64,000 bases of DNA, taken from contig JBGARS010000009.1 in NCBI GenBank assembly GCA_044230075.1, positions 21,458 through 85,457 of the forward strand. The letters run 5' to 3'. The stretch's first letter is position 1, and each line of letters opens with the position of its first letter. Source of the DNA: Planctomycetota bacterium. Its GTDB lineage: Bacteria > Planctomycetota > UBA1135 > UBA2386. Shown here piece by piece: positions 11,201 through 18,666 of the stretch. The notes beneath the pieces were generated by a model. The model had not been told where the DNA came from. It saw only the letters and a list, made by a program, of their open reading frames with translations, and did not search any database. A program made the translations under genes and the position numbers.

Positions 11201-11829
11201 ACGCCGCGCGCGCCGACGATCGCCTCGAGCCGGCGCGCCAGTTCGCGGTCGTCGGCGGCGCGCAGCAGGCGGCGGCCGAAGCGCGCGCAGACCTTGCTGC
11301 CGGTCTGCTCGGCCAGCTGCCGCGCGACGGCACCGGTGCACTGCAGCAGCCGCACCTGGTGCCCGACCGAGATCTCGTCGATCGCCGTCGACAACACCGC
11401 GAAGCGCTCCGACGCCTCCTGGTCGAGCGCCTCCCCGGCGGTCGCCTGCGGCACGCCGTGCGCGATCGCGGCCTCGCACTGGCGCTCGAGTTCCCCTTCG
11501 CCGAGCGCCTGCGCCGCGGCCTGCGACTCGGCCAGATCGAACAGCGCGGCCGGATCGCCGCCCGCGGTCGCGGCGAGGCCGCGCACGCGCAGCGCCAGCG
11601 CATCGCGCCGCGCCGTCGCCAGCGCCGCCGCGGTCGCCGGATCGTGCGCCTCGGGCTGGGCGCCGAGCCAGCGCAGCTCCAGCTCGAGCAGTTCGTGCGC
11701 CAGCGGTCCATTGCCGGCCACCCGGCGCCGCTCCGCGGCCAGCGCCGCCATCGCCGGGGCTGGCGCCGTGGTCGCGTCGTGCAGCAGGGCGCGCAGCGGC
11801 GCCAGGTTCGGCGAATCACTCGGCTTCAT
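8236..11829 (-). CDS. 1197-aa membrane protein with an Ion_trans-like voltage-sensor domain (S1-S4) and large unknown soluble regions
   Basis: S1 NFVLLLVVLLILLIE, S2 WIDAVACLFFIADFAFE, S3 TDLLPAVP, S4 LRALRLLRVTWAAR..LRPLLRSAR; no selectivity filter seen. Confidence 0.75.
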   Translation of the reverse strand: MKPSDSPNLAPLRALLHDATTAPAPAMAALAAERRRVAGNGPLAHELLELELRWLGAQPEAHDPATAAALATARRDALALRVRGLAATAGGDPAALFDLAESQAAAQALGEGELERQCEAAIAHGVPQATAGEALDQEASERFAVLSTAIDEISVGHQVRLLQCTGAVARQLAEQTGSKVCARFGRRLLRAADDRELARRLEAIVGARGVTAIETTNFVLLLVVLLILLIEATVELSPPQANALQWIDAVACLFFIADFAFELVLHPRRVSWFLRNAVTDLLPAVPSVLWLLPGVVVPGVAENAVVLRALRLLRVTWAARYVQALRPLLRSARLLLFLVRGLDGLAARFGQILNREFVFVPAAADVKRPVLEEDQRDLLFAALRREHELTAVLPAAARSAAMLQRVCDLGATVRTIGPCEGPLRSAVASQRDVPIDHAIEFLWSLRPQDIGRWLRPTDVASLDRMLRVLSAVPVRWLPIVRRFAVHPLPASPPERIVQLGRRTAEWLESWHGRMLFFADLHGIVTGPQILDRVASAMVKASQRPAVRLLLFGGLFSVLRLFWVDNCLSKIVGLPLVLLGGVCLVFLAIGHWLKRLAGQASESYRLTSEAHFISQLERIKPRYEQVDLAFLARRVFGDGPHREVAETTLRTQVRSARTGVPVDDEHVPMQVRLAANRVVLLYLHFLDGAPLHISDVKTTEQLLANHSLENLRQSFLGCDQRDRRRLRKLRLDDGSILSGPYLWFRFITESVAVESAKRIAGYNQFCIPLAALASATPAQRESMQDWLQRRRDPRGGRTLGQRGAKAPLLFPTTEFTALDFVGTDVQRDRHIAELFGDEVLEVLRIDRRTMVREIFGTRPVHNLPQHERSFNPLRFYRRRLSHGRVLLAPLLLLWRFVRSVGWLVARVRQIVREVLDPELAMQRREVGAAPFAVALRKIHRMKAPGLLEAIHMRLQLDPVYAGAPPGWSRAEPFADAPEVERDIDFLHLREQEAAELRDAAATVRQQTGELHAALAWLPALGGAADDDARDAGELAVTAAWIADKDAARTLLGAERWRAEVLPALLAGQAVSRWRDVFAFVGGLFVRHPVDRWLERHGRDLAPNVRRVLRSAYARDLHGVRRLLSAWAPLPAGASPAETAIACLRDAYRHGAAVQRDLLALRAVQSLAVLDVRNYRDLVFQIGDYAADGEDPQLGAALP

Positions 11830-11912
11830 GCGCCCGGTCCACGGCGCTGCGGATGCTAGGCAACGGCGCCGGCACGATCACCCACCAACTACCGCGTTCG
11901 CGGCGGCCGAGA

Positions 11913-12830
11913 TCACCAGGGGCGGTGGTAGTCGACGAGCCCCGCGGGCTCTTCGCCGAGGTACTGCAGCGTCAGGTGCCGCGTGACGCCGCGGCCGAGA
12001 TCGCTCTCGGTCTCGAGCCGCGTCACCATGCCGGACGTCTCGTCGCACAGCAGCCACGCCGAGAGCAGCCGCTCGGACCCCGACTCCGCGCGGCGCTTCG
12101 CCTCGATGCGCAACTGCGGCCCGTCCGCGGTCTGCTCGCGGCCGACGACCGCGAGGTCGAAGTCGGCCGGCAGCTTCTCGACCAGTTCGTGCACGTCGAG
12201 GTAGCCGAGATCCAGCACGTCGCCGAGCCCCTGCAGCAGCCGTTCACGTTCGGCGAGCGGGCCGGCGCGGCGCCAGAGGCCGTTCGCCGACAGCAGCCAC
12301 AGCTCCTCACCGTCACAACCGAGCTGGAACGAGCCGAACGGCAGCTTGCCGTCGATGCGGAAACGCATGCCGGGCCGCGTCACCAGCGGCAGCTCGAAGC
12401 GCAGCTCCTTGCCGGACGGCTGCGTCGACACCAGCTCGACGTGGAAGCGACGGTTGACGTCGCGCGCCAGCTCGGTGACCGCGCGCTCCATCGCCGCTTC
12501 GGCGGTCGGCAGCCGATCCGGCAGCACCAGCCAGACGCCGAGGCACGCGAACACCATCGCGGCGGCCGCGACGAGCCACCAGCGCTGCGGCGCCGGATTG
12601 CCGCCGGCGTCGATGCGCAGCAGGATGCCGGCGATGCGGCTCTCACGCGCCTGGGCGTCGGCCGTGCGCATCGCCCGCAGCAGGCCGTGCAGCAACCGCT
12701 GGTCGGCGAGCCACATCAGCGCCTCGGCCGGGACCGCCGCCGGTGCCGGGCCATCGGCCAGCGTGTCGTCGAGCTCGCGCCAGCTCTCGTCCGCGGGATC
12801 GATCGGCCTCGGTTCGCGACGTTGGTTCAT
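11913..12830 (-). CDS. Putative anti-sigma factor (single TM, extracytoplasmic beta domain)
   Basis: MNQRREPR start ATGA-coupled to the sigma stop; WLADQRLLHGLL, TM WWLVAAAAMVFACLGVWLV, C-terminal GCDGEELW (LolA-like). Confidence 0.7.
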   Translation of the reverse strand: MNQRREPRPIDPADESWRELDDTLADGPAPAAVPAEALMWLADQRLLHGLLRAMRTADAQARESRIAGILLRIDAGGNPAPQRWWLVAAAAMVFACLGVWLVLPDRLPTAEAAMERAVTELARDVNRRFHVELVSTQPSGKELRFELPLVTRPGMRFRIDGKLPFGSFQLGCDGEELWLLSANGLWRRAGPLAERERLLQGLGDVLDLGYLDVHELVEKLPADFDLAVVGREQTADGPQLRIEAKRRAESGSERLLSAWLLCDETSGMVTRLETESDLGRGVTRHLTLQYLGEEPAGLVDYHRPW

Positions 12831-13360
12831 GCGACCTCTCCGCTCGGCAACTTGGTCTGCAGGCAGCGGTGCAGCAGCGCGCGGCCGCGCTGCAGGTGCT
12901 TCTTCACCGCTTCGAAGCCGATGTCGAGTCGCACGGCGATCTCCTTGCAGTGCAGGCCGTGCTCGTAGTGCAACCGGATCGACTCGCGCTGCGGCCCGGT
13001 CAGCTGGTCGAGGCAGCCGCGCAGCGCGTCGAGCTTCTCGTCGAACGTGTCCCCCTGCAGCCGCGCGAAGTCGCGGAAGCCCTCGTCGAGGTGGATCAGC
13101 ACCTGATCGTCGCAGTAGTGCACGCGGCTGCGGCCGAGCTTGCGCCGGTGGTTCAGCAGCAACTTGCCGGCGATGCCGCGCACCCAGGGGCCGAACGGCA
13201 ACTTGCGGTCGTAGCGGTCGAGGATGCGCCAGGCGACCAGGAACGTCTCCTGCAGCACGTCCTCGGCGGCGACGTTGTCGCGCAGCGACGAGAGCAGGAA
13301 CGCGCGCACCGAATCGATGTGCTCGCGCGTCAGGATCTCGAACAGGTCGCGGGGCTCCAC
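12827..13360 (-). CDS. ECF RNA polymerase sigma factor
   Basis: AEDVLQETFLVAW, FGPWVRGIA, LRGCLDQLTGPQRESIRLHY...AVKKHLQRGR; GTG 13360 preferred (GACAAT box 9 nt upstream); ORF is open to 13432. Confidence 0.9.
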   Translation of the reverse strand: MEPRDLFEILTREHIDSVRAFLLSSLRDNVAAEDVLQETFLVAWRILDRYDRKLPFGPWVRGIAGKLLLNHRRKLGRSRVHYCDDQVLIHLDEGFRDFARLQGDTFDEKLDALRGCLDQLTGPQRESIRLHYEHGLHCKEIAVRLDIGFEAVKKHLQRGRALLHRCLQTKLPSGEVA

Positions 13361-13439
13361 GGCGGGCGCATTGTCGGCGCCGGGCAGATCCGGGACATCG
13401 AAATCGCCTGCCACCGGTCCGCCGGGCACCATGCCGCCG

Positions 13440-14525
13440 ATGCGAACGGCCGCCTACGTCTACACCGGCTGGCACGCCGTGGCCGAACGGGACGCGGCGT
13501 TCCATCCCGGCTTCACCGAATGGGAGCTGGTGCGGAGCTGCCGGCCGCGGTTCGCGGGCCATGCCCAGCCCAAGGTGCCGCTGCTCGGCGAATACGACGA
13601 CCGCGACCCGGTGGCGGTCGGCCGGCGGCTCCGACTGGCGCACGAGCACGGCATCGACGCGCTGGTGTTCGGCGTGTTCTGGTGCCGCGGCAAGCGCGTG
13701 TTCGAGGCGGGACTGGACCGGGGTTTCCTCGCCAGCGAACTCGGCGGCTCGATGCCGTTCGCGTGCATGTGGGCCAACCGCCTGCCGCGGCGGGTGCTGC
13801 CGGTGCAACGCGCCGATCTGCCGGTGCTCGATCCCGCGCGCGCGGTGCCGAGCGACGCCTTCGACTTCGTCCGGTTCGTGGCGATGCTGGCGACGAACTA
13901 CTTCGTGCGGCCCAACTACGTCACCGTCGCCGGCAACAGCTACCTGTCGATCTTCGACTCGACGTTCTTCGTGCGCGAACTCGGCGTCGATGGCGCGCGC
14001 GCGGCGATCGCGGCGGCGCGCGCATGGTTGCGCGAGCACGGCCATCGCGACCTGCACCTCGCCGCGATCGAACCGAACGCCGAGGCGCTGCCGCTGGTGC
14101 GCGAGATCGGCTTCGACAGCGTCACCCACTACGTGTTGCTGCCGGACTGGAAGGGACCGTTCGCGCAGGACTACCGGCAGTACGCCGAACGCCGCGCCGG
14201 CGAATGGCAGCACTTCGCCACCGTCTCGGGCCTGCCCTACATGCCGTCGGTGGCGCCGGGCTGGGACGCGTCGCCGCGCGGCGCCGACTTCGGCGATGCC
14301 CGGCCCGACAAGTACCCGTGGTCGCCGGTGGTCACCGGCGAACATCCGGAGCTGTTCGCGGCCGCGCTGCAACGCGCGCACGCGTTCCGTTCGCCGCGCA
14401 GCGTCGACGACCCGCTGGTGCTGGTCGCGTCGTGGAACGAGTGGAGCGAGGGCCACTACCTGGAGCCCGACGAGCGCTTCGGCATGGGCTGGCTCGAAGC
14501 GGTGCGCAGCGTGGCGCGCGGCTGA
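13440..14525 (+). CDS. Glycoside hydrolase family 99-like / WbsX-like protein
   Basis: AAYVYTGWH, FTEWELV, QPKVPLLGEYD, FACMWAN, PGWDASPRG, SWNEWSEGHYLEPD; alternative start 13431. Confidence 0.85.
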   Translation: MRTAAYVYTGWHAVAERDAAFHPGFTEWELVRSCRPRFAGHAQPKVPLLGEYDDRDPVAVGRRLRLAHEHGIDALVFGVFWCRGKRVFEAGLDRGFLASELGGSMPFACMWANRLPRRVLPVQRADLPVLDPARAVPSDAFDFVRFVAMLATNYFVRPNYVTVAGNSYLSIFDSTFFVRELGVDGARAAIAAARAWLREHGHRDLHLAAIEPNAEALPLVREIGFDSVTHYVLLPDWKGPFAQDYRQYAERRAGEWQHFATVSGLPYMPSVAPGWDASPRGADFGDARPDKYPWSPVVTGEHPELFAAALQRAHAFRSPRSVDDPLVLVASWNEWSEGHYLEPDERFGMGWLEAVRSVARG

Positions 14526-14533
14526 GCGACGCG

Positions 14534-16372
14534 TCAGAGGATCAGATCGCGTGCGGCACTGAGGGCGAACACGCCGTTCCGTGCCGCCGGCGTCACCGCG
14601 ACCGCCTGCAGCCGCAGCGCGAAGCCGCCGAGACCGACGGGCCACGGCACGACGAGCGCCATGCCGCTCGGGCCGACGCCACTCGGATAGACCTCGAGCC
14701 AGATGGCACTCAGTGGCACGTGCAGTTCGGGGATGCCGAGGGGGCCGGCCGGCGGGGCCGGCGGCAACCACGGTTCGACGACCAGCAGCGCGAACGCGTT
14801 CGCCAGCGCGCCGCCCGCCGACGTCGTGCGCACCGTGACGACGTCGCCGCCGGTGGCCGGCGTCGCGCCGACACCCGCCGCGAACACGCCGTTGACGTCG
14901 AGGCTGAGCACGAAGTCCTCGCGCGAACCCGGGAACACGTCGAACTCGTCGGCGCCCATGTCGGTCGCCGGACCGATCGTGCGCGCATCGCCATCGAGAT
15001 CGAACAGCGGCAGCCCCGCAACCGCGGCGCCAGCGTGTCGGCACGGCGACGCGGCGGTCAGGTGGATGTCGCCGGCGGCGAGGCTGGCGAACAGCGGGTC
15101 GACGCTGAGATCGCCGGTGCCGAGGAACGTGCCCGTGCTGGCGCCGACGTCACTGTTCTCCAACGTCGCCGGGATGCCGGTCATGTAGAGGTCCGACGCA
15201 AGGCCACCGCGCGTATTGCCCCAGGCGATGCAGTTGCGCAGCGCCGCCGTCGACACCATGAAGCCACCGAGCGTGAGACCACCTGTGCCGACCCCTGGCA
15301 GCAGCGGTGTGCCGGTGGAGTTGCCGGCGATCGTCGTCGCCAGCGCCGCGAACCGGGTGCCGCCGGTCGAACCACCGCCGTCGCCGCCGTACGCAGTGCC
15401 ACCCGTTCCCGCGTTGCCGCCGACGTTGCCGGTGACCACGCAGTTGGTCATCGCCACGGCGCCAAAGCCGAAGAACGGCGCGCTGAGATCGAAACCGCCG
15501 TTGCCGCCAAGACCACCGCTCGGCGCGCTGGCGCCGGTGGGCGTACCCCCAACGCCGCCGTGATTGCCGGTCAGCGCCACATCGGTGAGGGCAACTGCTA
15601 CGGCCGAATACAGTTCGATGGCGCCGCTGCCGCCGTTGCCACCGGTCGCCCCCTGGCCGCTGGCAAGGACACCACCGCCGGCGCCCCCCGTATTGGCCGT
15701 GAAGCGGCAGCGCATGATCTCAGGTGTGGTGCCGAGCAGCGAGTACGCGAGGTACGAACCACCCGCGCCACCACGTGCACCGATGGGGAAGGCGCCACCC
15801 GCGATGCCCGCACCACCCGGACCACCGACGTTGCCGTTCACGTCGCAATCGATCAGTCGCAGCGCCGACGAGACCGCGAGGATGCCACCGGGTCCGCCGG
15901 TGCCCGCGACAGTCGACGAACTCGCCGCGTTGACCCCCGTGCCGCCCTGGTTGCCCGTCACCACACAGCTGCGGATCGTCGGCGACGCGTTCGTGCACTG
16001 GATGCCGCCAGCGGTGGCCCGCGCACCGTTGCCGGCGACGGTGACGCCGAGGCCGTTCGTGATCGTGAAGCCCTCGAGCACACAAGCGAGCGGTTCGCCG
16101 TTCGCGAACGTGACCACGGACCCCGCCTGGTTGCCGTCGATCGTCGTCACCGCGGCACCGCCAGCACTGCGCACGGTGATCGCCTTGCCGAGCAGGTCGA
16201 TGGTCTCGACATGGGTACCCGGCAGCACCAGCACCGTGTCGCCGGGCGCCGCGGCCGTGATCGCCGCCTGGATCGTCGGCTGCGCGGTCGGCACCACCCA
16301 CGTCGTCTGCGCCGCGACGGCGCCCGCGAACAGCAATGGGCACCAGAATGTGGGGGGCGACGGGATGCGCAT
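14534..16372 (-). CDS. Secreted Gly-rich right-handed beta-helix protein with conserved C-terminal domain
   Basis: Signal peptide; TIQAAITAAAPGDTVLVLPGT..ETIDLLGKAITVRS; LEGFTITNG; DPLF...DIHL...SPC..AG...DLDGDAR...DMGADE (choice-of-anchor-Q-like) motif. Confidence 0.8.
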   Translation of the reverse strand: MRIPSPPTFWCPLLFAGAVAAQTTWVVPTAQPTIQAAITAAAPGDTVLVLPGTHVETIDLLGKAITVRSAGGAAVTTIDGNQAGSVVTFANGEPLACVLEGFTITNGLGVTVAGNGARATAGGIQCTNASPTIRSCVVTGNQGGTGVNAASSSTVAGTGGPGGILAVSSALRLIDCDVNGNVGGPGGAGIAGGAFPIGARGGAGGSYLAYSLLGTTPEIMRCRFTANTGGAGGGVLASGQGATGGNGGSGAIELYSAVAVALTDVALTGNHGGVGGTPTGASAPSGGLGGNGGFDLSAPFFGFGAVAMTNCVVTGNVGGNAGTGGTAYGGDGGGSTGGTRFAALATTIAGNSTGTPLLPGVGTGGLTLGGFMVSTAALRNCIAWGNTRGGLASDLYMTGIPATLENSDVGASTGTFLGTGDLSVDPLFASLAAGDIHLTAASPCRHAGAAVAGLPLFDLDGDARTIGPATDMGADEFDVFPGSREDFVLSLDVNGVFAAGVGATPATGGDVVTVRTTSAGGALANAFALLVVEPWLPPAPPAGPLGIPELHVPLSAIWLEVYPSGVGPSGMALVVPWPVGLGGFALRLQAVAVTPAARNGVFALSAARDLIL

Positions 16373-16415
16373 GGGGCGGCGCAGCATACCCGGGCGCGCG
16401 CCGCGGCGGTCGGAC

Positions 16416-16802
16416 TCAGGCCGGGGCCGGCGGCGGCACCGAATGGAACCGCCGCCGGCAGTAGTACATCGCCACCAGCGAACACAGGAACCCGACCCAC
16501 ACGCCGTGCTGCCCGAACGCCAGCATCGCCGGCGGCGTCGCCACGACCGACACCAGCGCGACCACCGGCACGGACCGTGGAAGGTGGGTGCTCAGCAAGC
16601 CCCACAGCAGGAACGGGTAGGCGACCGCCGCGCTCGGCACGGCCACGGCGAGCGCGTATTCGCCGGCGACCCTGGTGAACACCGGTTCGCCCGGCGCGGC
16701 ATGCAGCAGGCGCAGCGTGACCATGCTGGCCATCGCCGTCGCGATCGCGATCAACCCCGACGCCACGGCGAGGATGATGGCACGTTCGAACTTCCAGAAC
16801 AC
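16416..16802 (-). CDS. Small 4-TM hypothetical membrane protein
   Basis: Four hydrophobic segments; TATGCT box 6 nt upstream of GTG 16802. Confidence 0.55.
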   Translation of the reverse strand: MFWKFERAIILAVASGLIAIATAMASMVTLRLLHAAPGEPVFTRVAGEYALAVAVPSAAVAYPFLLWGLLSTHLPRSVPVVALVSVVATPPAMLAFGQHGVWVGFLCSLVAMYYCRRRFHSVPPPAPA

Positions 16803-16839
16803 GGCCGCAGCATAGGGCCGGCGCAGCAACGGCGAGGCT

Positions 16840-16965
16840 TCAGTACGAACCCACGGTCAGCGCGAGGCCATTGGTCGCCGTGATGCCGGTGATCTGCCCG
16901 CCGCCGTTCCGTTCGATCGGCGTGACCTGGTGGTAGAACGTCGCCCCGACCAGCGATGGTGCGTG
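16840..16965 (-). pseudogene. Orphan 3' fragment of a secreted-protein C-terminal domain
   Basis: Reads APSLVGATFYHQVTPIERNGGGQITGITATNGLALTVGSY*, clearly homologous to the end of 47914-49392 (TPSLVGQTVYHQIVPFELDASLQVLAITSTNGLALTIGGY*); no start codon, abuts the ORF6N stop. Confidence 0.75.
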
Positions 16966-16970
16966 CGACC

Positions 16971-17510
16971 TCACGGCGGGCGCGCGAAGCCGATGCGATC
17001 CTTCTCGCCATCCGCGGGCGGCTGCAGCAGTTGCCGGATCGCCTCGAACACGGCCGCGATCCGTTGATCGTGGGCCGAGTACTTGTTCTCCAGTTCGTCC
17101 ACCCGCTCCGCCAACGCGCCGTAGTCCACCAACAACTTCCGCATCTGGACGAAGGCGCGGAGGAAGGCGACGTTGACCTCCGCGGCACGCTGCGAGCGCA
17201 ACACACTCGCCAACATGCCAACCCCCTGTTCGGTGAACGCTCGCACCGGCTTGCGGCGGCCACCCCAACTTGATGTCACGGATTGGGACATCAAGTCGGC
17301 AACCTCCCCAGGAACGAGGAGGAAGGAGAAGTCCGCCGGGAAGCGGGTCGGGTTGCGGCCAACCGCCTGGTGGATCGACCGGGTCGAAACCCCGTAGAGC
17401 CGGCCCAGATCCGCGTCGAGCAGGACCCGCTGGCCACGGACCACCACGATGCGCTCGGCGATGTCGGTGGCGGTGAACGTCACCAGCCCGTGGGAACGAT
17501 GGATGCTCAT
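16971..17510 (-). CDS. ORF6N-domain DNA-binding protein
   Basis: IVVVRGQRVLLDADLGRLYGV...QAVGRNPTRFPADFSF...SQSVTSSWGGRRK...AFTEQGVGMLASVLRS...RIGF; GGAGG Shine-Dalgarno upstream; visibly lower GC. Confidence 0.9.
   Translation of the reverse strand: MSIHRSHGLVTFTATDIAERIVVVRGQRVLLDADLGRLYGVSTRSIHQAVGRNPTRFPADFSFLLVPGEVADLMSQSVTSSWGGRRKPVRAFTEQGVGMLASVLRSQRAAEVNVAFLRAFVQMRKLLVDYGALAERVDELENKYSAHDQRIAAVFEAIRQLLQPPADGEKDRIGFARPP
17268..17296. repeat. Intragenic inverted repeat ACTTGATGTC-N9-GACATCAAGT
   Basis: Perfect 10-bp arms at 17268-17277 and 17287-17296; encodes LMSQSVTSS of ORF6N. Confidence 0.85.
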
Positions 17511-17628
17511 GGTCTACCTCCACCCTTCCTGTGCGCGGACGGAGGCATGTTCCGTGGCGAACCGCCGACCATTGCCCAGCCGAGCCGAAGCTGGGCCGCG
17601 CCCACCGGCTGCCGTATGGTCCCGCGCC

Positions 17629-18666
17629 GTGGCAGCGCGACGTCGACGGCGAAAGACACCGTGGTGGGCAGAATTGCCCACCGAGGAACTGCTCGACGTG
17701 CGTCTGTGCGACCTCGAGCTGTCGATCGAGGGCACCGCGCTCAGCCGCCGCATCGACCGCCTGCAGGCGGAACTGCGCCGCGCCGGGCTCGTGTTCCGGC
17801 CCTACGTCTACCTGTCGAACGACTGGTTCACGCCCGAGGGTTCGACCGGCTTCGCGGTGCCGTTCTACCTGGCGCACCGGCGGCTGGTGCAGCTCGAGCA
17901 CAACCAGATGTTCGAGGCCGAAGGCAGCACGCACGACTGGTGCATGAAGCTGCTGCGGCACGAGGCCGCGCACGCGATGGACAACGCCTACCACCTGCAC
18001 CGCCGCGCCGACTGGCGGCGCACCTTCGGCAACTACAGTTCTCCGTACCGCACCGCCTACCAGGTGCGGCCGACCAGCAAGCACTACGTGCAGCACCTCG
18101 GCTCGTGGTACGCGCAGAGCCATCCGGCCGAGGACTACGCCGAGAGCTTCGCCGTCTGGCTGGCGCCGAACTCGCGCTGGCAGACGGTCTACGAGGGCTG
18201 GCCAGCGCTGAAGAAGCTGCAGCAGCTCGACAAGATGCTGCACGACATCGGCGACCTGCCGCCGCCGGTGCGCACGCGCGACCGCGCCGAGTCGTTGCCG
18301 CAGCTGCGCACGACGCTGCGCGAGCACTACCAGAGCAAGCAGGCCTCCTACGGCACGCAGCAGCCGTGGCGGCACGACCGCGAGCTGCGCATGCTGTTCG
18401 ACGAACCGGGCAGAACGACACGACGCGAGCGCGCGGCTGTGTTCCTCAAGGGGGAACGCATGGAGCTGCGCACGAAGGTCTCGGCGCTGACCGGCCAATA
18501 CCGCTACGTCGTCGACCAGGCGATCGACGCGATGACCGTGCGCTGCCGCGAACTCGACCTGCGGCTGACGCGACCGCGCGACCAGGCCCGGCTCGGTGCC
18601 GCGGTGCTGACGACGCTGGTGACGCTCGCGCTCTCGCGTGGCCACAAGCCGAGGTTCCGCCGATGA
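17629..18666 (+). CDS. Putative zinc-binding metallopeptidase
   Basis: LLRHEAAHAMD (HExxH), WYAQSHPAEDYAESFAVWL; TATGGT box 8 nt upstream of GTG 17629. Confidence 0.85.
   Translation: MAARRRRRKTPWWAELPTEELLDVRLCDLELSIEGTALSRRIDRLQAELRRAGLVFRPYVYLSNDWFTPEGSTGFAVPFYLAHRRLVQLEHNQMFEAEGSTHDWCMKLLRHEAAHAMDNAYHLHRRADWRRTFGNYSSPYRTAYQVRPTSKHYVQHLGSWYAQSHPAEDYAESFAVWLAPNSRWQTVYEGWPALKKLQQLDKMLHDIGDLPPPVRTRDRAESLPQLRTTLREHYQSKQASYGTQQPWRHDRELRMLFDEPGRTTRRERAAVFLKGERMELRTKVSALTGQYRYVVDQAIDAMTVRCRELDLRLTRPRDQARLGAAVLTTLVTLALSRGHKPRFRR

Noticed and set aside
5695-11859. 2054-aa plus-strand ORF and other very long Arg/Ala/Pro-rich ORFs (e.g. 12743-16678, 34848-38720, 35030-38938)
   Set aside because: Antisense or off-frame shadows of real genes, expected in high-GC DNA; no domain motifs
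15250-15960. PE_PGRS-like glycine-rich repeats
   Set aside because: No PE domain; these are Gly-rich loops within a secreted beta-helix protein
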